Shown here piece after piece: positions 38,302 to 51,239 of a stretch of 64,000 nucleotides of DNA; within the stretch, counting starts at the first letter, position 1; the number at the start of each line of letters is the position of its first letter. Source of the DNA: Macrostomum lignano (Eukaryota); the NCBI GenBank assembly GCA_002269645.1, contig NIVC01003929.1, forward strand, positions 5,303 through 69,302, given 5' to 3'. The translations under genes were made by a program, and so were the position numbers. Below the pieces are notes generated by a model. It was not told where the DNA came from and searched no databases. It worked only from the letters and a program-made list of their open reading frames with translations.

Positions 38302-39693
38302 TCAGAAGGCCGACTCGAGCACACCGTCGCAGGTGATCTGCGTCAGCGGCTGGTCCTGCAGGTGCCAGAAGAGGCCCAGCTTGCTGCCGCCGCCAGCGCC
38401 GTCTCCATCGACATTCAGCAGCGGCAGGCGGCAGGCGGTCTCTTCCCTTGGCTGGCCAGCGGACTTGCCGGACGGCGGTGGCGCGGAATCGTCCGCGAAA
38501 GCAAAGCTGCTGTCGGCGCCGACGGCCCGCCTAATAGCGTCGGACACTCCGTCTGGGGCGCCGGCATCGGCAGCGGTGGCGGTGGCGCCGGGGGCGGCTC
38601 GGCTGTTCGGATGTTGCTGCTGCTGCTGACGGAGTCGCTGCCGTTCGCCAGTCCCGCAGACTTCGATGCACTTGCCGCCGCTCTGCCGCTGCGACATGAT
38701 GTACACCAGCACGTTGAGCGCCGAGTCCATGGCGGTGCCCAGGTGGGCCACGTGGATGAGATGGGCGGAGGTCCGAGCCGGTAGCCAGTTGTGCAGCAGG
38801 CCGGACACGAAGGCGGGCAGCTCGCACAGCACGAACACGGTGATCAGCATCAGCAGGAGCCGGTCCGTCATCTTCGAGCGGCTCAGGGCGCTGCGACCTC
38901 CAGCGCCGCGGCTGCTGCCGCCAGTCTCCGAGCCGCCGTGCCGCCGGTTAAACAGCCGCCGCTGCCGGTTCACCGCCCGCAGGATGAGCGCGTTGAGCAG
39001 CACAACCAAGAGAATCGGGGCCAGCGTGGACACAATGTAGCTCTGCAAGGTCAGCATCGCGGCTCTGGTTGGCGAGTCGAACAGCCAAGTCTGCGCCTGG
39101 TTGAGAGTGAGCGAGTCCGTGCAGATCACCGGATTGTAGCGCAGCGCCTTCGGCAAGCTGCTGGCGAGGCAGAGAATCAGCAGGCCGATCAGCAGGGCTG
39201 CCAGCCGCCGCGGCGTGGTGTAGCGTATCGGGCCGAATGGAAAGTACACCCGCTCGAAGCGCACACAGGAGACCAGCACGATCACCCAGTTGCGCAGCAT
39301 CAGGAAGGCCAGGCTCAGCAGCAGCATCGCCCAGAAGGCGTAGCCGATGGCCCGGCCCTGGGCCAGCGAGGCGAACGGCCTCTGCCAGTAGCCGAACCGC
39401 CACACCATCAGCTGGTAGGCAAACTGGGCAGCGTTGAACAGAATCTCCGAGGCCGACAGCACCAGCAGCAGGCCAGAGATGAAGCTCTTGCTCAGGCAGC
39501 GGGCCACCATCACAGCACCGAGGAAGTTGCTAATCACATTTCCGGCGGTCAGGGACAGGAGCAGCATCATGTACACCATGGTGGACACGGGCAGCTGGCC
39601 AGAGCGAGTCTCGTTGCCGCACTGCATCGTCAGGAGGCGGCCTAGACGTGAGTCACCAGCCGGACTCTCTTGTTCAGTGTCGTTGTCAATCAT
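38302..39693 (-). CDS. Intronless orphan rhodopsin-like 7TM receptor (peptide-receptor/srw-like type), 463 aa
   Basis: ATG 39693; sequons NDT and NET; TM1 GN; TM3 RNWVIVLVSCVRFERVYFP; TM4 SSLP; TM5 APILLVVLLN; TM6 FVLCELP; TM7 DSALNVLVY. Confidence 0.88.
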   Translation of the reverse strand: MIDNDTEQESPAGDSRLGRLLTMQCGNETRSGQLPVSTMVYMMLLLSLTAGNVISNFLGAVMVARCLSKSFISGLLLVLSASEILFNAAQFAYQLMVWRFGYWQRPFASLAQGRAIGYAFWAMLLLSLAFLMLRNWVIVLVSCVRFERVYFPFGPIRYTTPRRLAALLIGLLILCLASSLPKALRYNPVICTDSLTLNQAQTWLFDSPTRAAMLTLQSYIVSTLAPILLVVLLNALILRAVNRQRRLFNRRHGGSETGGSSRGAGGRSALSRSKMTDRLLLMLITVFVLCELPAFVSGLLHNWLPARTSAHLIHVAHLGTAMDSALNVLVYIMSQRQSGGKCIEVCGTGERQRLRQQQQQHPNSRAAPGATATAADAGAPDGVSDAIRRAVGADSSFAFADDSAPPPSGKSAGQPREETACRLPLLNVDGDGAGGGSKLGLFWHLQDQPLTQITCDGVLESAF

Positions 39694-39974
39694 CTTGGCG
39701 AAGCTATGAGTAAAGAGCAGTCACCGAGGAGTCTGACTGGGCTCCCTCATAACCCACTGACTGCCTATTTATGCACTGAAGTTTGTCTCCCATCCCGCAC
39801 TCGGTCGAATTTGCATAATCTCCTCTCCCCTCTGGCTCTCCTACCGCTGGTTGGCTGTCTCTTCACGTCACGTCCTCAGCCCCTCTGGTGACTAATGCAT
39901 ATTGGCCTTCTGAAACCGCCGCACAGTCTGGCCGGCCGACTCCTCTCTCTGAGGCGCTCTCACCTCACTCCGCT

Positions 39975-40622
39975 TCTATTCTTCACTAGCTCTCTCTTGT
40001 CCTCTCAGTCTATTCCTCACTAACTCTCTCTCTTGTCCTCTCAGTCTATTCCTCACTAGCTCTCTCTCTTGTCCTCTCAGTCTATTCCTCACTAGCTCTC
40101 TCTCTTGTCCTCTCAGTCTATTCCTCACTAGCTCTCTCTTGTCCTCTCAGTCTATTCCTCACTAGCTCTCTCTCTTGTCCTCTCAGTCTATTCCTCACTA
40201 GCTCTCTCTCTTGTCCTCTCAGTCTATTCCTCACTAGCTCTCTCTCTTGTCCTCTCAGTCTATTCCTCACTAGCTCTCTCTCTTGTCCTCTCAGTCTATT
40301 CCTCACTAGCTCTCTCTTGTCCTCTCAGTCTATTCCTCACTAGCTCTCTCTCTTGTCCTCTCAGTCTATTCCTCACTAGCTCTCTCTCTTGTCCTCTCAG
40401 TCTATTCCTCACTAGCTCTCTCTTGTCCTCTCAGTCTATTCCTCACTAGCTCTCTCTTGTCCTCTCAGTCTATTCCTCACTAGCTCTCTCTTGTCCTCTC
40501 AGTCTATTCCTCACTAGCTCTCTCTTGTCCTCTCAGTCTATTCCTCACTAGCTCTCTCTCTTGTCCTCTCAGTCTATTCCTCACTAGCTCTCTCTCTTGT
40601 CCTCTCAGTCTATTCCTCACCA
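39975..40622. repeat. 34/36-bp pyrimidine-rich minisatellite TCCTCACTAGC(TC)nTTGTCCTCTCAGTCTAT
   Basis: ~18 units varying in TC number. Confidence 0.96.
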
Positions 40623-41134
40623 CTCGGCTCCCACTTGCAGATCCTTAATTAAGATTTAACCTCTACAATCAGAAAAATAAGTTTATAAGAATAAGAAAAA
40701 AGTGATGCACACATAGCAGTCCTGTGCCAGCGGTGCTGCAACCAGTATGGAATATCAATTCCCAGTTAATTAGTTGCAGTCTTTCTATACTTATATGACT
40801 GTATTAGTCTCGTAGATTTAGCCTTGAATTTTTTAGCTAATCTGACTGGCTTTGAAAAGAAACGGAGGGGAAGCTTTGCGTCCCCACAAGCAGACTTTTT
40901 GCCAGGGAGCAGAGTTGATCAAAGCGGAATTCATCCCCGCAAACTGACTGCTGAGGAGTTATTGAAATAAAAGAGCTGGAAACTGATGACTCTTTCTGGA
41001 AAATATCCTGGAGAGAGAATGGCATTCAGGTGGAAGGGAATTGTAGAGGGGGGGGGGCTGTTGAAAGCAAACAATGCTATAAGAGGAAACGGGTTAGTCA
41101 GATACAGAGATTGGAATTAGGAGAGTCTGAGTGC

Positions 41135-41270
41135 AGGAGAGAGAGTGGGGGAGAGAGTGGGGGAGACAGAGTGGCGAGACAGAGTGGCAGAGACAGAGTG
41201 GGGGAGAGAGTGGGGGAGAGAGTGGGGGAGAGAGTGAGGGAGAGAGTGGGGGAGAGAGTGGGGGAGAGAC
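41135..41270. repeat. 12-bp minisatellite GAGAGAGTGGGG
   Basis: ~11 units. Confidence 0.9.
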
Positions 41271-41861
41271 GAGCACACTTCCTTGCTGCAGCATATCAAA
41301 GAAAACAAAGTCCCAATCCCGCCTTACACTTCAACAGCAGAAGAGACCAAGGCAGCAACTGTAAAGCAAAGTACGTCAAGTGAATCTTAGGATCAAGTAC
41401 CACCAAAAAGCAATTTCTCGCAAGCAATTCGAGCAGCTAAGTGGAGCAATATTGACTCTTGTTCCCACAACACAGGAATTCGTAGGAATCTCACAATTTC
41501 TTTGTGGCTCATTTTTCAGTCGAGAACTTTCTGTCCTGTCCAAGACGGCTTTACCAGTTGGCGTTAATCCCGTGACAAACGGTTTGAAGGCCGACAAGCA
41601 GACACAAGAACAAGATACGCAGCTGCACATACGTTTGCGCCATATAGCTCGTAGACGCAAAATTACAAAATGGAGCCAAATTACAATAAAACGTCGCAGA
41701 AAAATATTGATAGATACGGACGCGTTAGACTAAAAAGACAGCCTAGCCGCATATAAACACGAGCCGGACTAGTTGGACCAAGGCAGTCGCACTTTGGAAG
41801 CCCCAGCACTGTGTAATACTTCAAGTATATATATGAATCGCTTGCACCTCTAACAGAGGAT

Positions 41862-42866
41862 GCCCACTGACATCCACTTTGGCGCCCTCTGACATCCACT
41901 TTGGCGCCCTCTGACATCCACTTTGGCGCCCTCTGATATCCACTTTAGCGGGCCCTCTGACACCCACTTTGGCGCCCTCTGACATCCACTTTGGCGCCCT
42001 CTGACATCCACTTTAGCGGGCCCTCTGACATCCACTTTAGCGGGCCCTCTGACATCCACTTTAGCGGGCCCTCTGACATCCACTTTAGCGCCTTCTGACG
42101 TACACCTTGGCGCCCTCTGACATCCACTTTAGCAGGCCCTCTGACATCCACTTTAGCGCCTTCTGACGTACACCTTGGCGCCCTCTGACATCCACTTTAG
42201 CAGGCCCTCTGACACCCACTTTAGCGCCCTCTGACATCCACTTTAGCGGGCCTTCTGACATCCACTTTAGCGGGCCTTCTGACATCCACTTTAGCGCCTT
42301 CTGACGTACACCTTGGCGCCCTCTGACATCCACTTTAGCGGGCCCTCTGACATCCACTTTAGCGCCCTCTGACACCCACTTTAGCGCCCTCTGACATCCA
42401 CTTTAGCGGGCCTTCTGACATCCACTTTAGCGCCTTCTGACGTACACCTTGGCGCCCTCTGACATCCACTTTAGCGGGCCCTCTGACATCCACTTTAGCG
42501 CCTTCTGACGTACACCTTGGCGCCCTCTGACATCCACTTTAGCAGGCCCTCTGACACCCACTTTAGCGCCCTCTGACATCCACTTTAGCGGGCCTTCTGA
42601 CATCCACTTTAGCGCCTTCTGACGTACACCTTGGCGCCCTCTGACATCCACTTTGGCGCCCTCTGACATACACTTTGGCGCCCTCTGGCATCCACTTTGG
42701 CGCCCTCTTACATCCACTTTAGTGTAGTCTGACATCCACTTTAACAGCCTCTGAGTCTGACGTACACCGTGGCGCCCACTGACATACACTTTAGCGCCTT
42801 CTGACACTCACTCTCATGCCCTATATAATATACTTTGGGCCGGACCTTGGCGCCCTCTGACACCCA
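41862..42866. repeat. 20-22-bp minisatellite CTCTGACATCCACTTT(G/A)GCGCC with patterned variants
   Basis: ~45 units; variant TTCTGACGTACACCTTGGCGCC recurs periodically. Confidence 0.96.
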
Positions 42867-43495
42867 TCTTCTAACATAAACTTTAACGTATGTGACGACA
42901 CACCGACACTGACGCAAAAAATTGTTGGGCGCCTCAATTTCCGTTGCTTGGTTTTACTGAAATAATAATTTGAGGAGAGAACGGGTGCGCTAACAATTAA
43001 CCAGACGAATAGGAGAGGCGCTAAAAGGGAAATGAGGCATGGAGACTGCGGAAGCTTCATCAGGTGTCCAAGGCCGGATTCGCAATTTTTCAAGAATCAA
43101 CGGCTCGACCTCATTCTTTCCGCTGTCCAGAATTCCGCTGTCTCGTCTCGTCTCCAGCTTTTTCGCTTTCCGCTGGCCTGGTTTATTGGCGAACTGGAGA
43201 ATTTTCCTCAAGACAGGAAGACAATTTCTGAGAATTAATCTGGCTAAGACGGCTGGCTCGTCAGGGGAAATTCCAACCAGCTGGGAAAATCACATGTGCC
43301 TCAGATAAACTCCAGCATAGCTCCCCTATAAGCCCTGTTCTCCAGTACATGCCATTTGCATTGTCGGAAATTCCGCATACCCTCGTACAAGACCTGGGGG
43401 AGATTGCATATGCCATGGGGGGCATTTCAGAAATGGGACGCATTATTAAGCGCGCATGACACAAATCATGATGCATGACAAATACATGCTCAAAT

Positions 43496-44412
43496 CAATC
43501 AATCACCTGGGTTCTCTATCAATCACCTGGGTTCTCTATCAATCACCTGGGTTCTCTATCAATCACCTGGGTTCTCTATCAATCACCTGGGTTCTCTATC
43601 AATCACCTGGGTTCTCTATCAATCACCTGGGTTCTCTATCAATCACCTGGGTTCTCTATCAATCACCTGGGTTCTCTATCAATCACCTGGGTTCTCTATC
43701 AATCACCTGGGTTCTCTATCAATCACCTGGGTTCTCTATCAATCACCTGGGTTCTCTATCAATCACCTGGGTTCTCTATCAATCACCTGGGTTCTCTATC
43801 AATCACCTGGGTTCTCTATCAATCACCTGGGTTCTCTATCAATCACCTGGGTTCTCTATCAATCACCTGGGTTCTCTATCAATCACCTGGGTTCTCTATC
43901 AATCACCTGGGTTCTCTATCAATCACCTGGGTTCTCTATCAATCACCTGGGTTCTCTATCAATCACCTGGGTTCTCTATCAATCACCTGGGTTCTCTATC
44001 AATCACCTGGGTTCTCTATCAATCACCTGGGTTCTCTATCAATCACCTGGGTTCTCTATCAATCACCTGGGTTCTCTATCAATCACCTGGGTTCTCTATC
44101 AATCACCTGGGTTCTCTATCAATCACCTGGGTTCTCTATCAATCACCTGGGTTCTCTATCAATCACCTGGGTTCTCTATCAATCACCTGGGTTCTCTATC
44201 AATCACCTGGGTTCTCTATCAATCACCTGGGTTCTCTATCAATCACCTGGGTTCTCTATCAATCACCTGGGTTCTCTATCAATCACCTGGGTTCTCTATC
44301 AATCACCTGGGTTCTCTATCAATCACCTGGGTTCTCTATCAATCACCTGGGTTCTCTATCAATCACCTGGGTTTGCTAGTCAATCACCTGGGTTCTCTAG
44401 TCAATCACCTGG
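43496..44412. repeat. 20-bp minisatellite AATCACCTGGGTTCTCTATC
   Basis: ~44 identical units; source of the 307- and 452-aa repeat ORFs. Confidence 0.99.
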
Positions 44413-44420
44413 GTTTGCAT

Positions 44421-44815
44421 ACACCTGGGAGGGAATCCCATATCCCTGGGAGCGAACACCAGTATACACCTGGGAGGGAACACCAATATACACCTGGGAG
44501 GGAACACCAATATACACCTGGGAGGGAACACCAATATACACCTGGGAGGGAACACCAATATACACCTGGAGGGAACACCAATATACACCTGGGAGGGAAC
44601 ACCAATATACACCTGGGAGGGAACACCAATATACACCTGGGAGGGAACACCAATATACACCTGGGAGGGAACACCAATATACACCTGGGAGGGAACACCA
44701 ATATACACCTGGGAGGGAACACCAATATACACCTGGGAGGGAACACCAATATACACCTGGGAGGGAACACCAATATACACCTGGGAGGGAACACCAATAT
44801 ACACCTGGGAGGGAA
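44421..44815. repeat. 24-bp minisatellite TACACCTGGGAGGGAACACCAATA
   Basis: ~16 units abutting the 20-bp array. Confidence 0.97.
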
Positions 44816-47800
44816 TCCGTATGCCTAACATAATGTACGCAGAAGACTTGCTAAGCATAAAAGTGTCTATAATAAATTGTAGCAATAGACCCTGGTTTTT
44901 ATTTTGATGAGCGCAAGAAATTGCAACAAGCAGAAAGAAAACTTTTTTGGAACAGCAATCGACGCATTACGAACTATTTTTGCGAGTAGCTACAAGCTAA
45001 AATTCATGCAACCTTATTTATAAATGATATTAATTGCACTTTCTCAAGAGTCTTTTGAGTCATCGTATCAAGCCTCTCTATCCGGCCCTTTGGAACTTCA
45101 CAATAGCAATCCCGTTCAATCTAGGTTTGTGTCTCTTCACAGCTCTCTTCTCTGTCTCCTCATCTCTCATCTTTTCTTAACTCTTCTCTCCCTTTATCTC
45201 TCATCTCATCTATCCTCTCATTTCTTTTCTACTCTCTCCTCTTATCTATTCTATCATCTCTCCTTTCATCCTCTCTCTCATCTTGGTCTGGGTTGATCAT
45301 GAGTTGATCTAAAAAGTTTGAAAAATTGGAAGTGCCCAAATTTTTTTCACAAATTTTGTTTTTCATACTGTAAAATGGAGTATTACCATAGACACAAATC
45401 AGTAGGGAAGAGTCTGTCTATAAAAAGTACACCAAAGCGATAGGAAAGACTGAAGTTTGGCCTGCAAAATTGAAAAATTAGCTCGGTAAACTTGTCAATC
45501 AACCTAAGACTTGTTTCGTTTCTTCATAAGTTCAGAAACGTCCTATGCCATCAATAATTGCATTTCTCAACGACTACTACAGGTCGCGTCGCAGAAGCTC
45601 ACTGAAGTTAATAAACACAAGTCTATTTAGCTATTAAATACTTGACGATACGTCGATTACATCGAGGTACATGTAACACGAATTAAGGGTCTACTCGTCT
45701 TAATTGACTCCGCTCTAGCGAGAGGCTTCTAATCCGCTTTCGTCATGCGCCGCTATAACTATGATGGCTCTTAGAATTATGAAGTGTGTCTCCTTTTTTT
45801 AACCGGATTTCCCGGGACTCCGCTGCGCTCTTCCTCGAGGGGACTCGTGCGGCAAAGGGTTAGCGAGTCTTCCAATCGTACTAGTTTTGATTTCAGTGAG
45901 AGCCACGCAGAGAAAAGCGTGATAGCTTAGCAAAGTACATTTATTGAAGCATATACTTTGCCTTAGCCACAAGTTGGAGCAAACTGCGGCTCGTAGTAAA
46001 AACGAATTAACAAAAAACCAAATACAGATTCCCAGCCTCTGCCCATTCTCGCCCTCCAGTCGTGATTAAAATTATTTTTGACTGACCTGCGCCTGTAATC
46101 ACAAAATGCCGACATAATTGATTGAAAGTCACGTTTTTACTCATCACGGAGAGAAATGAGGCGAAAATTACATGACTAGCTATCACATGACTATTATAAT
46201 TTCTCATGAAATAAGCGCCAGCCTCAGGGCCTCGTCAATTTACTGAGATGCTGAGATTGAGGCTACAGCACTCATTCATTTTCCACAAATAAAAACTCTC
46301 AATACTTAACTTTGTTTTTCTTTCTGTTCTGAGAGCTTTGCTTCCATGGTCAAAAATAATAATCATATTCCACTCAGGAAACAGCTCCAATGAAGGAAAT
46401 TCTAGTTTTCCTGTGAGAATAATGGGTTAATGGAAGCTTCTTTCTGTATCCCAGACAAATTTCCTATCCATTCCATCTTTTTTGTATCCGAAACAAGCTA
46501 TAATAAAAAGCTTTCGGAATAGATAGGTAGATAGATACTGCCTCCTTTGAGGCTTATACACATACATGTATGTACTCCAATGCTAATTGCTTCTGTAGCC
46601 TTCGACTCCACACAAAACACTCGAGTTGCTTTGCAAATCTGGAGACATTACATTTCCATAATTGAGTGAAAAGTAGAGAATCTAAAATTCCTTTTAGAAG
46701 CGCACTTTGCATTAAATGGAGAAATACATGTATCTTTAAGACTAAGTCCGAGAAGAGCCGTATTTAGTGAAATTCTTTGCATACTCGCATCCTCGTCTCT
46801 GCATGCCTCTTATTTTTTTTCTACGCCTGATAGCCCGCAAAAGAAATGAACAAGTGTCATCGAGAAGCCTCTCTACAGCCAGGCCGCCACGATGACCTTT
46901 TACGAACTCATGCCTTATGATGCAATTACTAATTAACAACCGCTTTGGGAGCAAAGGTCAGCGGTAACACGTCGGACAAGCCGTCACCGGAATCATATTG
47001 GCCTGGAACTGGTCGTTCAATTCTTAATTAAGGTCAACACCCAATGACAATGTTCAGGCATGAAAAAGTAAGGACTGCTGTACCGTGTACACCTGCGTGA
47101 GCACGTGCGTGCTAAGGGGTCAGCGAACTGCTGCGGGTCACCTTATTGCCTTGATTTCGGCATAATCTAAGGAACCTTGTAAACTTTACCGACTAATCAC
47201 CATCTGTATAGGTACATGCCAACAGATAGCGAAACGCTCCTAAAAAGGGGGTCTCAAAATCGATAAGCTGGCGACCATATCGGCCTCATCTCGTAGTTAA
47301 CTTGTATAGAAAGAATTAAGCTTTAATTCATTAAGGAATTAATGGCTTCCCTGGATTGCTATCTGTTAATATGCGCCATAAATTTGCTTGTTGCAAGCCG
47401 GCAACGAACGGCTGAATCCGGTCTTGTCTAGTGACGATCGCATGGCACAGGAGGGAGGCGGGTAGAACTCCCCCAACTGTATAGCTTAATTCCATAGCTT
47501 CTTGAACATGTCTTTCGAAGCTGTGCGTAGCCTTAATGCACAAACAGCAGATTAGACGATTAAGCTAGGCATTTACTGCAGTCGGGCAGGATGGTCAAGG
47601 GAGGCAGATCGCTCAACAACTTTCGAACGGTAATTAACGCAGTAGAAGACGAACGAACTGCATTTCTACTAGATCAATAATAGTATATATCGAAGCAAGA
47701 AAATGATTTATGAAGTCTTTTCCGAAGTTGCCTTATCGCGTGCTTGCGTGCAGACTTAGCTACATGCTTATAGTTACTATGGGCTGTTTAACCAATCAAC

Positions 47801-48484
47801 CTGTCATTTTTCTTCGCTATCATGGGTTTAGGAGTTAAGAGTAAGGTTACTCTCAGTAAAGGAATAACTCGCGCTGTGACCGCTGCATTCTTCTTTTAAT
47901 AAGGATCCTGAAATTCAGGTAACTATCAATTATTGGGGAGCTGCCTCGCAGCTTAATAGTAGACTACAACTGTGTGACGACTAAGCGAACGCCCAACTCA
48001 TTGTCGACTAGAGCTGCATTAAATATGACCGGCTGTACAGTATATTGCAATAACAAAATAATATCCCACGTACTCTACGATAGCGCATATCGATCTGCAT
48101 CCTCGATTCTGAGTTAACAGAACTCGCATTTTATCCAAGGCGCTACTTTTGCAAATCGATCAAAATACGCAGCAAATTTCAGCTTTTAAAGACTAAATGT
48201 GTTATGCTTTAACTTTAAAAGGTTGTAAATCGAACAATTAAATATTGTACGAGGTAGATTCATGATAGAAATATGAAAAAAATAGTTAGAGGCCGCAGGC
48301 CAGCAATGCGCAAGACAAAGTTGTATTCTCTAAACAGAATTTGCTAAGATTTGCCTTTTTATGAGTTAAAATGAGGTTTTAACCAAAGAGTATTGAGGTC
48401 ACCTAGTGCTTATTGCGTCAATTCTCAGTTCATCATCAGCGGCTTCACTTATTGGTGAAAAGCATCGCTACATGATACATTCAC

Positions 48485-48800
48485 CCATCGCATCACTCTG
48501 CGGCAGGAAATGCATTCGCGGCTCCTCGGATACCGCCACATGCTGCTCAGGAGTCGCAGTTCTGACACTTGGCACGGCATCAGATTTCAGTTTTTTTCTT
48601 GTCTTCTGCTGAACAAAGTCGTCAATGGAGTAATGAAACTCACAAATACGCATCCATTTGACATCTCCAGCAGATCTTAGTGGCACCCGTGCTCGCCACT
48701 CTCTCAGACGATCGACGTCCTTGAAAGGCAGACGAAAGAAATATACAGATGCATCAGAAACGCAGTTATTGCAATTAGCTACCGCGCACTTTAGTGGCAT
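48485..48800 (-). CDS. THAP (C2CH) zinc-finger domain, first exon of a probable multi-exon gene or DNA-transposon ORF
   Basis: MPLKCAVANC...FFRLP...W...RICEFHY...LKSDAVPSV shows the THAP signature CxxxxC, P, W, CxxH, F/Y, AVP. Candidate donor ATGG|GTGAAT at 48484. Confidence 0.85.
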
Positions 48801-49831
48801 GGCTGTTGTTGTTCAGACGTAAGGGCTATATGGCATGGCTGTTACGGAGTTGTGTATCGACGACGCTTTTGTTGCTTATGGCCAACCCCGTCTCGGTGCA
48901 AAATAGTAAAAAATGAAGCAATGTAAAACAGAAGGAAAGACACAAGCGCGCGGCAGGGCACACTGATTTAAATTGCTATTTGACTAGAAAAGTACGCGGG
49001 TAATGCGTTTAAACTGAGCTGTACTTTATACTATAATATGTATGACGTATTGCGTATTTGACTATTTCCCACCCAGGTGTGTTCAAACTACCTTATTTAT
49101 TCTATAGGAGAGAGAAGAAAAGTATCTGATTGAAGCCACTGTCACCTTTGTACCGATACAGGTAGGCTTGTGTGTTTAGCTAAGAGGTGAGAAATGGGCT
49201 TACTCTTTCATGCTTGCTTGGTATCATCTTACGATTACTTAGGAGTTTCCTTGAGCAAGGCTCAGCCGTTCCATCCCCAGAATGCAAGTTGGGCCTAAGA
49301 TTTGACTGTGTTCGCTAAAACTATGGAGCGTGAAACCTACTCTCACTTATCGAATCGAATGCTCGAAAATCTCGAAGAACACAGCTCGAAAATCTGTTTT
49401 TTTGTACGAGATGCTAGGTGTTTTCCGAAATTCCTAATTCCTAAGGCAAATGTTATGCGAAAGTAAATTTTAAGCCTATCAAAGCACTGATAAAACAATA
49501 TCTACCAAATAACGTTTGATTAGCTTTTTTTATCGAAAAATCATAGTTTTTTGTGTTTCTTAGGATGAAGAATGTGAACATCTATCGTGCTGGTTTTAGT
49601 TTGAAAAAATTTGAAAAAAGTTAGAAGTACTACTGAATTGTAGCAAGTAAACTTTGCGAATATCAAAATGCACAATGAAGCATACGTATTTACACATAGT
49701 TTTTTGCATTTGTATCTCTCGTCTCAACAAAAGTCACTAAATAAACTGGATTGCGCATAGATGAAAGTTGACCGGTCAACACAACGGTAATGGAGAATAT
49801 AAGCGCGGTAAGGGGGTAGGACCAAAGATAG

Positions 49832-50258
49832 TAGAATAGCTAGATGGGCCACTCAGCACATTTGCGTATAAGCTACTTTCAGTTCAGTAGTAGGTTTATT
49901 AGAAGCATTTTAATGTATTTTAAAGCCAAGGCTCATTTATGGCTCTTACACACCCAGCTTAAACCCTCCCCCAACCGCGCCTTTCCACACTATCCGCCCC
50001 AATTTTTATTGCCTTCCCCGAAATTCCAGCCTAAAGCTGCCATGTACATTCCAGTGGACTGGCCAGTGTACATTATTACTGAACCAATTAGCAAGTTGTT
50101 TACGCTCCTTGTAAGCTTGGCTTCTAAACTTATCAAAATCATTTCTGCTGCCTTTATTTTCATAAAATAGTTTATGTATTCTTTTTTGCTACTGAACTGA
50201 AAGCAGAAAGCTGTTTTACTAAGTAATATGTGCCTGAGTGGCCTATCTAGTCATTTTA
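49832..50258 (+). mobile_element. ~420-bp MITE, copy 1
   Basis: Imperfect TIRs CTAGATGGGCCACTCAG / CTGAGTGGCC(T/C)ATCTAG plus subterminal inverted CTACTTTCAGTTCAGTAG; non-coding; colinear copies at 61999 and 63432. Confidence 0.85.
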
Positions 50259-51239
50259 GTATCTGTGATTGAAACAGATTAAAGAAATTTTAACTGTTTT
50301 CTTTCCAGACAATTTTGAATCTTTTGGCGAAAACGCGATGAAAATCGGTGAAGAATTGCAATCTGTAGAGCGTTATGGACATACAAATATTAGAGATTTA
50401 GTATATTTAGAAGATAGACTAGCTAATTAGAGCTGGCTGCCAGCAGCCAGAATAAATTTTTATTGCCCCCCTTTAAGTGAGGCCCAGTGAGTTTTCTTAT
50501 CAGTTGGCTCTGGCGCAATCAATTAAAATTGACTGTGAAGTTTCTGGCTGATAAAATTTGCATTGAAAAAGGCCATTTAAAACAGTTTTTCGAATATTTA
50601 ATCCCTTTAGCATTGAAGCAGATACAAGAAATTTTAACCATACAATCCCAGGCTGATTACGAATCTTTTGGCGAAAACGCGATGAAAATCGGTGAAGAAT
50701 TGCAGTCTCTAGAGCGTTATGGACAAACATACAAACAAACCTTAGAGATTTAGTATATTTAGACTAGCCATTTAGCCCCCCGCTGGGGAGCCCGAAAATG
50801 ACACCAATTGGTTTTTATTTTGACACAAGAGTAACTTTACTTTAATTATCCAAAATGTTGATTTCCATTAATCAAAAATTACCTTTTCTCATTTTGGCAA
50901 AAATAAATTGCCATGAATCAGAACTTTCATCAGCCAAAAAAGTTTCCTTCATCAGCCCAAAACCCTTTCTCAATCAGCAAATAGTGCTTATCCTTTCAAG
51001 CACAAACTCTTAGTGCATATCGTCGCTGGCCGGGCATATTCTGATCCGCAGCAAATATGCAAATCATTGACGTCCTTAGACTCTCTTATTAGCCTAAATC
51101 AAAGAATGAAACCTTTAATAAATGCGCTGGTATTTCCTATTAGCAGAAATCAGCATCACTTGTGTGTACAATTTCATTATCTGAATTACATCAGCTACTT
51201 CAGCCGTACTACCTGACTACCTGACAATCGCCCAACAAC

